Virus record (IMG/VR): IMGVR_UViG_3300045988_166694
Location: 1-40,170 of that record
Source: a virus
DNA length: 40,170 nucleotides
Reading direction: 5' to 3' (one strand)
Below the pieces are notes generated by a model that saw only the letters and a list, made by a program, of their open reading frames with translations, was not told where the DNA came from and searched no databases. Positions 1 through 9,487 of this stretch are shown here, in pieces (position 1 is the first letter of the stretch; each line of letters begins with the position of its first letter). The position numbers and the translations under genes are program-made.

Positions 1-46
1 ATTGTAATAACAGCATCAGGTTGACGTCATGAGGTATAATTAGTCT
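1..46 (+). promoter_or_regulatory. Late promoter element, copy A. A conserved 31-mer ATTGTAATAACAGCATCAGGTTGACGTCATG that contains the TGACGTCA palindrome is followed by TATAAT, and the ATG at 47 lies 6 nt after the TATAAT. This implies a leaderless mRNA.
   Basis: The 31 bp are identical to an inverted copy at about 23895-23925. TATAAT lies at about 35-40. There is no Shine-Dalgarno sequence before the ATG at 47. Confidence 0.6.
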
Positions 47-55
47 ATGAGTAAA
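1..55. repeat. Direct repeat of the window start: 1-55 is identical to 40116-40170. This is either terminal redundancy or a circular wrap-around. The true repeat length is unknown because the window is cut.
   Basis: Exact 55-bp identity between the first and last bases of the window. The window ends 9 nt into a second copy of the 47..526 gene. Confidence 0.9.
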
Positions 56-526
56 AGAGCAGACGGCAAGAATGGTTTTGCAATCGGCGTCGGAAAACGT
101 GCGAACGGCACTTGGAAGAAAGAGCGGACGCCACGTGGACGGCTAGAGATATTATTAAACGACGTCAGTTATGAACAGTTGAAAGACTTGTTCAGGCGGT
201 TGGACAATGACGAGTTCGATGGCACAGCTAGAGTTGGCGACGTTTTAGATATTGCCGTACTGAAAGAGATTTTCGTCAGAAATGCACCAGGCGAAAAGAT
301 AAAAGTCTCTAGCGACAGATTATTAAAACTTTACGATTTTATTTACGGCAAAAAGTCTGAAAACAGTTTGAATGGCAAAATTAACGTTGATATCGACGCC
401 AAGATGACTAGCGTTAGAGGCTTTATATTGCCAGTGTCAGGTCAAGATTTCATCGATGAAAAGGGGCGACAGATTGACCAAGGTGACGTCAAGCCGTCTG
501 AAGACGCTGGGAAACGACAAGGCTAA
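47..526 (+). CDS. Putative terminase small subunit or DNA-packaging protein (159 aa, basic N-terminus).
   Basis: First gene of the late operon and immediately upstream of terL. Call rests on size and position only. Confidence 0.4.
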   Translation: MSKRADGKNGFAIGVGKRANGTWKKERTPRGRLEILLNDVSYEQLKDLFRRLDNDEFDGTARVGDVLDIAVLKEIFVRNAPGEKIKVSSDRLLKLYDFIYGKKSENSLNGKINVDIDAKMTSVRGFILPVSGQDFIDEKGRQIDQGDVKPSEDAGKRQG

Positions 527-2096
527 CAAGTTACGCTCATCGGGCTACTGGGTACCGATGCCGGGGCCTCAGACGTTAGCCTCAGCCGTAGCTAGTGATA
601 GGCGTTTTCGTGAGATTTTATACGGCGGGGCGAGAGGCGGTGGTAAAACTGATTTATCGATAGCCCTGCTTGGCGTTAGATTAGCGAACAAGAGAGCTAA
701 ACAATTAGTTATTAGACGTAATGCTGATGATTTAACTGACTTTGAGTGGCGAGCCAAAGAGGCGTATCAATTTTTGGGGATTAAAACAACTCACAAGCCT
801 CTACTATTCACTGGTAACGGTAGAGGCAGATTACTTGGTGGTCACTTGAACGACGAGGACAGCTATACGAAATATCAGGGACACGAGTATTGCCGTATCA
901 ATATCGAAGAGCTGACCCAGATACCTTATGAAGACATGTATCTTAGACTTATCAGCTCAGCTAGAAGTAAATATCATGATTTATATCCTCAAGTGTTCAG
1001 CACTACTAATCCAGGCGGCGTGGGTATGGCGTGGGTCAAAGAACGTTTTGTCACACCCGATACTGACCTGTGCGATGTGGTTCACAACACCTATAAGTGG
1101 TATGACTATGAAGGCAAAGAACATAAAACTCATTGGCAGGTCGTCATTGACAAGCAGACTGGGCTATGGCGAGCGTATATACCAGCCACCATTGACAGCA
1201 ATCCTATCCTGATGAAAGCAGACCCTGAATACGTTAGGCAGCTAGAGGGGCTAAAACAGACTAATCCTGAACTATACGAGGCTTGGCGAAACGGGTCGTG
1301 GGATGTGCAGTTCGGTGCAGTTTTTGACGACTTTAGCACCCAAAGACACGTGTTTGATAAGTTTGCCGAGTTTGGTATAACTCAAAGACAATACAAGTCG
1401 TCGTGGAAGATATGTGGTATGGACTGGGGCTACAACGATGAGTGTGTGTTGCTGTGGGCGATGTTTGACAAAATAGGTGACGGCAAAGAACGAGCGTTTA
1501 TCTTTAGAGAAAAACATGGCAATCACCATGGCTCAGAGTGGTGGGCTAAAGAGTTTGCCCGTATTCAAGAGAAAGACCCTGTTGATGTCTTTGCTATGCC
1601 CCACGACGCTTATGCTCACTCTGGCGGGGCTGACAAGACTATTGCTGAAGCGTTCAAGGAGCAGACCGATTTGTTACCACCCGACATAAGACCTATTTAT
1701 GTGCGAGCCGACAAGATGATGAGAGACAAGAAGATTAGTGCTATCGATACATTGCATAATATGTTTGCTAACGCCCTAGATAACGAGCCGTCATTACTTT
1801 TTCACCGCACCTGTAACTATCTGATAAAAACACTACCGACTATTGTTTACGCTAAAGAGACTGGCGGTGAAGAGTTGGATAAAGACAACGTCGACCACGC
1901 CCTGGACGCCCTATTCTACACACTGCTGACGGCTGACCGAGTGAGAGGCTCATTGGTCAATCGTAGCCAGATAGTCAAGAAGGTGACGCCGTCGTTTGTA
2001 GCAGGGCTACATAACGTGTACAAAGATGTGGGGCTAGATATTGAACGTCTGGTCAAAGAGGCTAATCAGCCAAAACGTGACTGGCGCACTATTTAG
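456..2096 (+). CDS. terL: Terminase large subunit. The start is uncertain: either the track ATG at 456 (no ribosome-binding site, overlaps the upstream gene) or the ATG at about 558.
   Basis: Walker A motif 'GGARGGGKT' near the N-terminus. The C-terminal nuclease region contains 'MDWGYNDECVLLW'. The protein is 546 aa and sits before the portal gene. Confidence 0.85.
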   Translation: MKRGDRLTKVTSSRLKTLGNDKANKLRSSGYWVPMPGPQTLASAVASDRRFREILYGGARGGGKTDLSIALLGVRLANKRAKQLVIRRNADDLTDFEWRAKEAYQFLGIKTTHKPLLFTGNGRGRLLGGHLNDEDSYTKYQGHEYCRINIEELTQIPYEDMYLRLISSARSKYHDLYPQVFSTTNPGGVGMAWVKERFVTPDTDLCDVVHNTYKWYDYEGKEHKTHWQVVIDKQTGLWRAYIPATIDSNPILMKADPEYVRQLEGLKQTNPELYEAWRNGSWDVQFGAVFDDFSTQRHVFDKFAEFGITQRQYKSSWKICGMDWGYNDECVLLWAMFDKIGDGKERAFIFREKHGNHHGSEWWAKEFARIQEKDPVDVFAMPHDAYAHSGGADKTIAEAFKEQTDLLPPDIRPIYVRADKMMRDKKISAIDTLHNMFANALDNEPSLLFHRTCNYLIKTLPTIVYAKETGGEELDKDNVDHALDALFYTLLTADRVRGSLVNRSQIVKKVTPSFVAGLHNVYKDVGLDIERLVKEANQPKRDWRTI

Positions 2097-2107
2097 ACAG
2101 TGGCGGA

Positions 2108-4285
2108 ATGGCTATAGCGTGCTATGATAGCCATAATATGAACGATAATCAGCAGCCACTTTTTCATGACCCCTCAGTAGACGTCATTACTGACCAGACA
2201 GACGTCGTAGACGAACAGGCTGTCTTAAAGCTGGATATAGACGATAGACAACTCATCTCTAACTTTAGACGCTGGATTGATGGCAGCAAAGATTACTGGA
2301 ATAACACGGACGGCTATAATCTAGAGAACGTGCGCAATCAGAACGAGCGATATTATTTGGGCAAGCAGATAGACAAGACGTTGCTTTATCCTCATCAAGT
2401 GCCGTATCAGGAGAATATTATCTTTACCGACGTGCAAGCTATCATGGCTTACGTCACTGCCTCAGAGCCTTCATGTGAGGTAGTACCTGACAATGATAAA
2501 ACTCAGTCGATGGTTATGGCTGAAGACTTGGAGCGGGCTATTAATATCCATACTGAACGTCACAAGTTGGCTGAGAAGATAAAGTCTGCCGTCAAGAACA
2601 TGTATCTGAAGCGAGTCGGCATTATTAAGCTGATGTGGGACGAAAAGTCGAATGATATCAAGCCTGTCGCTGTTGACCCTGCCAGGGTGATTTTGGATAA
2701 GAACTGTCTCTTATGTGAAGAGCCGCGGTTTATTTGCGAGGTGTGTCTGAAGAGTGTGGGCGAATTGGTGAAGCAATTCCCTGATAAGAAAGATGCACTG
2801 CTCAAAGCCTTGGGTAGAGAACGATGGAGCCAAAAGCTATTTAACGAGATGATAGCTTATAACGAGATATGGTTTACTGACGATACGGCTGATTATGGCG
2901 AGCAGGAGTGTGTAGCTTGGTATTACAAGGACGTCGTCTTTGACAAAATGAAAAACCCGAATTATCTCTATGACGGTGAGGGCGTGGCTGTCAATAACTT
3001 CTTAGACAGACCGACAAAACCGTATATCTTCTTTAACTATATCAATGACGGCTCATCACTAATTGACCAGACCACCCCGCTTGAGCAGGTTATACCATTA
3101 CAAGACGTTTTGAATAAGCGAGGGCGACAGATTGTCGAAAATGCCGATACGGCTAACTCTATCCTGGTTTTTAAGGCTGGGGCAATCAAGCAGGAGACGG
3201 CGGAGAATATTACCCGTGACCCTAACCAGAAGATATTGCTGGAGACAGCACCTGAACAGCCTGTCAGCAGTGCCTATGGGGAGATAGAACCACACCTGTT
3301 GCCTAATTACGTCATAAACGATAAACAGGATATCAAGAATGCTATCCACGATATTTTAGGTGCGCCAAGCCAGTTCAGGGGTAGTGATAGTGACAACAAT
3401 GTGAACACTCTAGGTGAGGCTCAGATGATTAAGTCTCAAGCTAGTGGTAGGCAGGACGAGATTGTACGAGCTATCGAGATGAGCCTGGATAGCTACTTTA
3501 AGTTACTGGTGCAGATGATGAAAGTTTACTATGACGAAAAGCACCCCTTTGCCACCAGAGATACTGATGGTAAGTTTGTCTACACCGAGCTATCCAGAGC
3601 TACCATGCCCGATATTGCCTCTATCTCTATCTCTCATGGCTCATTACTCAAGGTAGACCGTGAGAGACGAGAGAATGTAGCTATGGCGATGGCTAAGATG
3701 GGGCTAATTGACCCGTACAACTTGTTCAAAGACCTATCGCTACATGACGCCGATAAACGTTATGAAGCTTTAGTCAAGTTCAAGGTAGACCCGACCAGCC
3801 TGGTTAGCGATGTCAAGACCGAGGTGGACAACCGTGAAGCTTATATCGACTTTGTCACCATTATGGGCGGCAATAATGCCGAGCCACGTCAAGATATCGA
3901 ACCAGGCTATATCTTAGCTATGCGTAAGTTACTGATGACTGACCAATTCTTGTATGCTAAGCCTGACCGACAGAAGAAGCTACTGGACTACATCCAAGGT
4001 TGCGTGATTGACCTGGGTAACCGAGTGAGACTAGAGCAGGCTGACCAGGCTGGATTACTGGTAGACCCGAGTATACCGATTACCCCTGAAGCACCTGAAG
4101 TACCGCCAGAGATGATGACTCAACAACAACCCCAGCCACCGATGCCGCCTGACCAAGCCCAGCCCGAACAACCACCTATCCAGAATATGCCCGCTGTACC
4201 CAACCAAGAAGCCCCTGTATCTATCCAGGACGCAGGTATACCTCAAGACGCCATTAGTACACTAGGTGGATTGCTAGGAGGCTAG
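2108..4285 (+). CDS. Portal protein (725 aa) with a Pro/Gln-rich C-terminal tail.
   Basis: Size and position directly after terL. The C-terminus is the low-complexity segment PQPPMPPDQAQPEQPP. Confidence 0.55.
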   Translation: MAIACYDSHNMNDNQQPLFHDPSVDVITDQTDVVDEQAVLKLDIDDRQLISNFRRWIDGSKDYWNNTDGYNLENVRNQNERYYLGKQIDKTLLYPHQVPYQENIIFTDVQAIMAYVTASEPSCEVVPDNDKTQSMVMAEDLERAINIHTERHKLAEKIKSAVKNMYLKRVGIIKLMWDEKSNDIKPVAVDPARVILDKNCLLCEEPRFICEVCLKSVGELVKQFPDKKDALLKALGRERWSQKLFNEMIAYNEIWFTDDTADYGEQECVAWYYKDVVFDKMKNPNYLYDGEGVAVNNFLDRPTKPYIFFNYINDGSSLIDQTTPLEQVIPLQDVLNKRGRQIVENADTANSILVFKAGAIKQETAENITRDPNQKILLETAPEQPVSSAYGEIEPHLLPNYVINDKQDIKNAIHDILGAPSQFRGSDSDNNVNTLGEAQMIKSQASGRQDEIVRAIEMSLDSYFKLLVQMMKVYYDEKHPFATRDTDGKFVYTELSRATMPDIASISISHGSLLKVDRERRENVAMAMAKMGLIDPYNLFKDLSLHDADKRYEALVKFKVDPTSLVSDVKTEVDNREAYIDFVTIMGGNNAEPRQDIEPGYILAMRKLLMTDQFLYAKPDRQKKLLDYIQGCVIDLGNRVRLEQADQAGLLVDPSIPITPEAPEVPPEMMTQQQPQPPMPPDQAQPEQPPIQNMPAVPNQEAPVSIQDAGIPQDAISTLGGLLGG

Positions 4286-4286
4286 A

Positions 4287-4555
4287 ATGAGCGTCTTAAG
4301 CAGTTTATTTAAGAGATTGCTCAAGGGTAGAGGCGATGATATCGCTGAAAAGGTAGCGCAGAGGTTATGGATAATTTGGGCAAGCTGGGCGTCAAGAATA
4401 TCCAACCCTACAACGTTGATGAAGGTATCCAATCCTACCTTGGCAACATGGCTAAGAAAGGACGACGGCTTGTCAATCCATACGTGCTTGGACTAGGTGG
4501 AGCGGGCGTCTTATCCAGTTTGTTCAGTGGTCAAAATGGCTCAGATAACGCATAG
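4287..4555 (+). CDS. Small virion-associated protein, apparently frameshifted. The first 26 codons (frame of 4287) carry the conserved N-terminal motif MSVLSSLFKRLLKGRGDDIAEKVAQR. The protein-like continuation is in the -1 frame from about 4349 to 4555.
   Basis: A good ribosome-binding site 'AGGAGG' precedes 4287. After about residue 27 the frame-0 product becomes W-rich and non-protein-like, while the 4349-4555 frame reads as a normal protein. The N-terminus is homologous to the N-termini of the 13956..15785 and 12197..13954 products. Confidence 0.35.
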
Positions 4556-4608
4556 TGACATAAACAACATTTTAAGATAGACTAAAATTGTAATAAGAAA
4601 GGAGATAG

Positions 4609-5694
4609 ATGAGCGATATCGCCGATATCTTAGAGAGTGCTTTGGCTAACGATGAGTCATCCGAACAGCCCGATACTGGGCAGGATAATCAGCCAGAACA
4701 GCCAGAGCAAGAGACTCAGGACGAGGGGCAATCAGATACCAACCAAGACGAAGCTCAGTCTGAAGCTAATCAGGAAGAGTCTCAGAATGATGAGGCTGAC
4801 CAAGAGCAACCCGACCAAGAGCAGGAGGATGAGCAAGGGGGCGAAGGCGAACAAAAAGATGAGCAACCCGAGCCTGAACAGCCTCAGGAAAAACAAGAAC
4901 CCGAAGCCCCGAAAAAGCAAGACCAACCGCAGTCAATCAGTGACGAGATGTTGCGAGCTGAGCTTGAACGACGGGGTATGGTGGCTACCAAAAAGCAAGA
5001 CCAACCTCAGCCCGAAGACCCACGTTTTAGTCAACCAAGAGAGCTACCTGACGCCGTGTGGTCAAAGATGACCGAAGAGGGTAAGTATATCTATAATCAG
5101 CTACCTTATCTGACAATTAGAGGTAAGGACGGTGTTCTTAGGATTAAGTCTGACGAGCAGATACCACCTGACTTTGAGTGGGCTGATGAGGCGGAGAAGA
5201 CGCAATTCTACTCTAAGGAGCTACCGGCTCAAGTTTATCGAGCAGAACAACTCAACGCTCAGGTGACCAAAGCGGTCGAGGATTACAATCGAGAGCTGGA
5301 ACGGCAACGTGAGGCTCAGACGATAGTGCGGGGCGTCGAGAAGCTACAGGCTAGTGGTATTTTGCCTAAAATACCTGGTGAGCGTGGTAGTAAAGAGTAC
5401 GAGGGGTCGGCAGAGCTGGCTTACGTAAACAACGTGCTTGGCTTATGGGAACAGCATCATCGTCAAGGTGAGAATATCTCTATCGAGACCGCAGCCTATC
5501 TATACAAGGCTCAGCACCCCGATGCATTGAAGCCCAAGCCGGCCACCACCCCGACAGACAAGATGCGTAAGGCTAAGTCAAGCAATATCAACGGCGGAGC
5601 AAAGGGTAAAGCTATGCCTGAACAGAGGCACACTTTTCCACCGGGGACAATGCCGAGCGACATAATAGATTACTATCTGGATGATTTTGAATAA
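4609..5694 (+). CDS. Acidic, Gln/Glu-rich protein (361 aa). Scaffolding protein candidate.
   Basis: Ribosome-binding site 'AAAGGAGA'. Extremely acidic low-complexity N-terminal third followed by a charged helical region. Located after the portal gene. Confidence 0.4.
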   Translation: MSDIADILESALANDESSEQPDTGQDNQPEQPEQETQDEGQSDTNQDEAQSEANQEESQNDEADQEQPDQEQEDEQGGEGEQKDEQPEPEQPQEKQEPEAPKKQDQPQSISDEMLRAELERRGMVATKKQDQPQPEDPRFSQPRELPDAVWSKMTEEGKYIYNQLPYLTIRGKDGVLRIKSDEQIPPDFEWADEAEKTQFYSKELPAQVYRAEQLNAQVTKAVEDYNRELERQREAQTIVRGVEKLQASGILPKIPGERGSKEYEGSAELAYVNNVLGLWEQHHRQGENISIETAAYLYKAQHPDALKPKPATTPTDKMRKAKSSNINGGAKGKAMPEQRHTFPPGTMPSDIIDYYLDDFE

Positions 5695-5703
5695 AGGAGG
5701 AAT

Positions 5704-6348
5704 ATGGCAGAAAACACCAGCAATGCAGACCAGAGCGACAATTTAGAAGATACGCTGACTCAAGACCTTGACTCAAGCACTAGGGGGACTGAAGTAGCCT
5801 CATCTCAATCGATGCGTGAGATTTTGCGAGGTATGTTTGAACCGAGTGATTACGTTAAGCTAACCAACCCATTCAAGTATTCTATGGGATGGGTATACGC
5901 TAATCCTGCCAAGCAACCTAAGTCGGAGCAGACATCGGGTGCAGGCAAGCGTGTTTATCACGGCGTACAGGACAAGAAGATACTCAAGCCTGGCGAGAGT
6001 ACCGCAGTAACAGGCGGAGAGGCTTATGTGGCTATCGAGCGAATGTATAAGCGTTACGTACAGATAGATGGTGACGTGGTCATCATGTTCAACAACCCCG
6101 AGTTTATGCGTGAGTTCATCCCCCGTGTCTACAAGGGCAAGGTCGATGTGGCAGAGCTAATCGATATGATAGACAACAAGCATCAACCAGCCCCCGTCGA
6201 GGTTAAGACCGAGGACTTGGCGCAGATGCGTGAGAATATTGCTGACGATATCGACAATCTAGGTTTTGCTGATGAGGATGAACCTGAGGCACCTAAAGAG
6301 ATAAAGTTTAAGAAGCCTGTCGGAAGACCGCCCAAAAACAGTAAGTAG
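5704..6348 (+). CDS. Hypothetical head-associated protein (214 aa).
   Basis: Ribosome-binding site 'AAAGGAGGAAT' 4 nt before the ATG. No recognisable motifs. Confidence 0.5.
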   Translation: MAENTSNADQSDNLEDTLTQDLDSSTRGTEVASSQSMREILRGMFEPSDYVKLTNPFKYSMGWVYANPAKQPKSEQTSGAGKRVYHGVQDKKILKPGESTAVTGGEAYVAIERMYKRYVQIDGDVVIMFNNPEFMREFIPRVYKGKVDVAELIDMIDNKHQPAPVEVKTEDLAQMRENIADDIDNLGFADEDEPEAPKEIKFKKPVGRPPKNSK

Positions 6349-6364
6349 TTGCTAAAATGAGGGT

Positions 6365-6697
6365 ATGGATGAAGTTAGTCGGCAGATTGGAGAACTTAGA
6401 GGACGTCTAGACACCTTTGAGCGTGACCTGTCTAAGGAACTTGGGGAGCATGCTCAGAGCCTAGACCATATACAAGCCTCAGTCACTCAGATAGAAACCA
6501 GATTAGCCGTTAAAGATAACTCACTAATCGGTAAACTATCGCAAGTACTGGAAAACTCACTAATTAAGATTGTCGGAGCAGGCTTTGTGACAGTGATACT
6601 GATATCTATCACTAATCACTACCAAAGCCAGCTGGATGAGCTTAAAGCACAAGTAACTAAGACCATGACGGTGGTCAAGGAGAGGGAAATAAAATAA
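6365..6697 (+). CDS. Coiled-coil protein with a C-terminal transmembrane helix (110 aa). Possibly a lysis-associated membrane protein.
   Basis: Hydrophobic segment 'IVGAGFVTVILISI'. Lies immediately upstream of the endolysin. Confidence 0.45.
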   Translation: MDEVSRQIGELRGRLDTFERDLSKELGEHAQSLDHIQASVTQIETRLAVKDNSLIGKLSQVLENSLIKIVGAGFVTVILISITNHYQSQLDELKAQVTKTMTVVKEREIK

Positions 6698-6777
6698 TGG
6701 ACATTAGACCTGGAGAATTAGAGGTAGCTATCCCCGTAGACCCCGAGGAACTGGAAGCTATGGGCAAGGGGGAGTAG

Positions 6778-7833
6778 ATGGCGTACTTTGAACAGAAGTG
6801 GCTATCACCCAACCACACTATCGGCAGGGATGGAGCTACTATAGATAAGATTGTCTTGCATCACGCTGCTACAACCAGTTTTGCGGGTATCGGAGCAACT
6901 TTTCAGAATAGGAACATTGCCACCAGTGCCCACTATGGCGTATCACCCGGGCAAGTCTGTCAATATGTCGAGCCTCAGAATACGGCTTGGGCGGTAGGTA
7001 ACTGGGAGCAGAACAAGCGTTCAATCAGTATCGAGTTTGTCAACTCTACTGGCGCACCGAGCTGGGATATTGCCCGAGAGACTTTAGATACTGGAGCAGA
7101 GCTGGTAGCTAATATCGCTAAGTACCTGGGCTGGCGTGGGCTAAAGATAGGTGAGAATGTCTTCTATCACAGTGACTTTTTCCCGACGGCTTGCCCGGGC
7201 GTGCTTAAGAGTACATCGAGAGGACAATATGTAGTAGATAAGGCTAACGCTATCATAAATGGCGGTACTTTTACCGCACCAGAGCAATCAAAAGTGCCAG
7301 TGCCTAGATTAGCCAGTCAATCCCTTAATCCTGGTATGTGGCTATATCATGACTATAATGGTAATTGGCGCAATAAGCCGTCTCTAACGGGCGAAATAAT
7401 GGCTACCTACCCTGCTAACACCTGGGTCAAGATGAAAGGCTATGTGCATGGCGAGGCGGTCGATGGTGACGATAGGTGGCTGGTGTCAGACGTTCATGGC
7501 TGGTTTGCTCATGTCTCTATCTTTGGTGGTGTCTATCTACTGCCTGATTTAGGTAAGGTCAATCCTGATGAAGCTAAACCGTCGGGAGCTCATACGCTGG
7601 TTGAACAGCACGCCACCTTTAAGGCTACCGATACAATGAACATTAGGCGTGACCCGTCTGTCGGGGCTGGTGCTGTCGTAGGCACGTTAGCACCCGGTGA
7701 GACGGTCAACTATGAAGGTTATATTGATATCAACGGCTATCGCTGGATTAGCTATAGAGGTAACTCAGGTATGAGGTGCTATATCGCTAGACGCAATCTA
7801 TCGACCGGTGAGATTTATGGAGAATGTTATTAA
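6778..7833 (+). CDS. Endolysin: N-acetylmuramoyl-L-alanine amidase (Amidase_2/PGRP fold) with a C-terminal SH3-like cell-wall-binding region.
   Basis: N-terminal region 'DKIVLHHAATTSF...AHYGV...SISIEFVN' matches the Amidase_2 fold. The C-terminus contains 'YRWISYRGNSGMRCYIARRN'. Ribosome-binding site 'AAGGGGGAG'. Confidence 0.85.
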   Translation: MAYFEQKWLSPNHTIGRDGATIDKIVLHHAATTSFAGIGATFQNRNIATSAHYGVSPGQVCQYVEPQNTAWAVGNWEQNKRSISIEFVNSTGAPSWDIARETLDTGAELVANIAKYLGWRGLKIGENVFYHSDFFPTACPGVLKSTSRGQYVVDKANAIINGGTFTAPEQSKVPVPRLASQSLNPGMWLYHDYNGNWRNKPSLTGEIMATYPANTWVKMKGYVHGEAVDGDDRWLVSDVHGWFAHVSIFGGVYLLPDLGKVNPDEAKPSGAHTLVEQHATFKATDTMNIRRDPSVGAGAVVGTLAPGETVNYEGYIDINGYRWISYRGNSGMRCYIARRNLSTGEIYGECY

Positions 7834-7844
7834 AAGGAGGAACT

Positions 7845-8072
7845 ATGAATAACTTAGAATTAGACAATAAGACTTATGACCGATTGAAGCTAGCGGTACA
7901 GGTAATCTTACCTGCCCTGCTAACCTGCTACACCACTATCGCTGTAGCTTTAGGGCTACCTGCTACTGAAGTGGTCACTATCATCGCAGGAGCGGTCATT
8001 ACCTGCCTGGGCACAATTTTGGGTATCAGCTCAAAGAACTATGAAAAGAACAAGATGGACAATAACGCCTAA
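7845..8072 (+). CDS. Holin (75 aa, two transmembrane helices). The start is moved to the ATG at 7845, which follows 'AAAGGAGG'.
   Basis: Two hydrophobic helices, 'VILPALLTCYTTIAVALGL' and 'VVTIIAGAVITCLGTILGI', and a charged C-terminus. Adjacent to the endolysin. Confidence 0.7.
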   Translation: MNNLELDNKTYDRLKLAVQVILPALLTCYTTIAVALGLPATEVVTIIAGAVITCLGTILGISSKNYEKNKMDNNA

Positions 8073-8499
8073 AGCCCCTTTTGCTTGGACTGCCCTGTTC
8101 AGAGACGGTCACGCTATTGAACAGGGCGGTAGTGATGAGGAGGCACTAAACCGATTAGTCTGGTATCTACATGGTGACCCTCACGAGTTCACCAGACGTT
8201 CACACTACCTTATCTGGTTTAAGCTGTACGACAAAGACAACACCGATATGCTCACCGTCAATTTTGACCCCGATGGAGATGCTTATATATCCCTTATCGG
8301 TGGTCATTTTATTATGACCGAACACAAGATGCGGTCGGCCGAGTTACTCTATCGGATTATGTACGATAAGTTATTCATCGGTTTTGGTGGACTAAACAGT
8401 TTAGGCAAGCTGGACGCTAAGGTGATAGTCGTCAATCCTAACACCTCTATCAAGCAGGCACGCACGGCGACGCTATTATATGATAAGCTTAAGGTATGA
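8041..8499 (+). CDS. Hypothetical protein (152 aa), paralogue of the 9002..9487 product.
   Basis: Shared N-terminal pattern W-x-A-(L/I)-F-x-DG-x-x-I-x-Q ('FAWTALFRDGHAIEQ' versus 'YKWQAIFSDGTRITQ'). Overlaps the holin stop by 32 nt. Confidence 0.5.
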   Translation: MKRTRWTITPKAPFAWTALFRDGHAIEQGGSDEEALNRLVWYLHGDPHEFTRRSHYLIWFKLYDKDNTDMLTVNFDPDGDAYISLIGGHFIMTEHKMRSAELLYRIMYDKLFIGFGGLNSLGKLDAKVIVVNPNTSIKQARTATLLYDKLKV

Positions 8500-9017
8500 C
8501 AGCAATCGCACAATGGCAAGAAGACAACGGAACTGCCACGGGAAGCCCGGCTAAAGGTGCTACCCGCAATAACACTAATAACGTCAACTGGAAGTCAGTT
8601 GACGATACTACAACGTCAACTGCTAACGCTACTATCTTAGCGGGGACTAACAGTTACCCTAAGTACACCTTTGTTAAGTTCACGGGTACCTTCAATCAGT
8701 TATCTATGGGCAGGTTTGCTCACACAGGTGGCTCAGTCAGCCCTAACACTAAGTTGGTTGGGCTAGTTACTAGCACCTACACTACACCGACCAGAGGGGC
8801 TTTGGCGGGAGCTAAAGACTTAAGCAACCCTGTATCTCTGGATAACGGTGAGCCGGTCAAGTTTGCACCGGCAGGACCGGAAGGGACGGCTGTAGGAGAC
8901 AGACTAACGATGGCTGGCTACACCCAGTACATGGTTACTCAGTTACAGACCACCGGTAGTGCTCAGCCCGGTGATACACCTGAACTAACATTAGCCTTTA
9001 GGTGGAACGAGAACTAG
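8496..9017 (+). CDS. Thr/Ser/Asn-rich hypothetical protein (173 aa).
   Basis: ATGA start/stop overlap with the upstream gene, which suggests translational coupling. Coding-like composition. Confidence 0.5.
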   Translation: MTAIAQWQEDNGTATGSPAKGATRNNTNNVNWKSVDDTTTSTANATILAGTNSYPKYTFVKFTGTFNQLSMGRFAHTGGSVSPNTKLVGLVTSTYTTPTRGALAGAKDLSNPVSLDNGEPVKFAPAGPEGTAVGDRLTMAGYTQYMVTQLQTTGSAQPGDTPELTLAFRWNEN

Positions 9018-9487
9018 TGATGACGGACGGACAACGATATAAATGGCAAGCCATCTTTAGTGATGGTACACGCATTACTCAACCCGATGACGACCATTAC
9101 TCTAAGTATGACCCAGCCAAAGAGTACAACCCGTCTGCTTTTAGGGACGTAGAAGATAAGCGTGAGAAGACGCCATTGGTGGCTTTTGTCTTGCAAGACA
9201 TTACCGATGATAGTCAAGCCGTTTTGTTAGACCTGGAAGCCCGTATCTTCTATGTCAACAACATGCCCCTTAAGTTAGCAGGCGATGAACAGTTTATTTA
9301 TGACATTAACTGTAAGCCTGCCGAGCTCATCTACTACCGCACTATGGAGCAGAAGATGGAAGACGGCTCAAAACCAGTAGTCAAGAGTCACACAATCGGC
9401 TACAGATACAACGATGTGTCATACGTGATTGTCATACCTGATGCGCCATATTTAGATATTGTGAAGGATGACAAGAAAAATGAGTGA
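9002..9487 (+). CDS. Hypothetical protein (161 aa), paralogue of the 8041..8499 product. The track start is a GTG; an in-frame ATG lies about 18 nt downstream.
   Basis: Paralogy to 8041..8499 as described for that gene. Confidence 0.5.
   Translation: MERELVMTDGQRYKWQAIFSDGTRITQPDDDHYSKYDPAKEYNPSAFRDVEDKREKTPLVAFVLQDITDDSQAVLLDLEARIFYVNNMPLKLAGDEQFIYDINCKPAELIYYRTMEQKMEDGSKPVVKSHTIGYRYNDVSYVIVIPDAPYLDIVKDDKKNE

Noticed and set aside
4585-4594. A third occurrence of the 10-mer 'ATTGTAATAA', the start of the late element, upstream of the 4609 gene.
   Set aside because: Only 10 of the 31 bp match and there is no TGACGTCA core or TATAAT. Chance occurrence in AT-rich intergenic DNA is likely.
5704-6348. 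The 214-aa protein after the scaffold candidate as the major capsid protein, following canonical gene order.
   Set aside because: Too small for a major capsid protein. The only capsid-sized, capsid-like candidate is 11040..12131 on the other strand. That call is itself only moderately supported.
6697-6777. A 26-codon ORF (MDIRPGELEVAIPVDPEELEAMGKGE) that bridges the 6365 gene and the endolysin with overlapping stop and start codons.
   Set aside because: It could be a real coupled mini-gene with the ribosome-binding site AGGAGAGGG. It is too short to support without conservation or ribosome-profiling data, so it is not listed as a feature.
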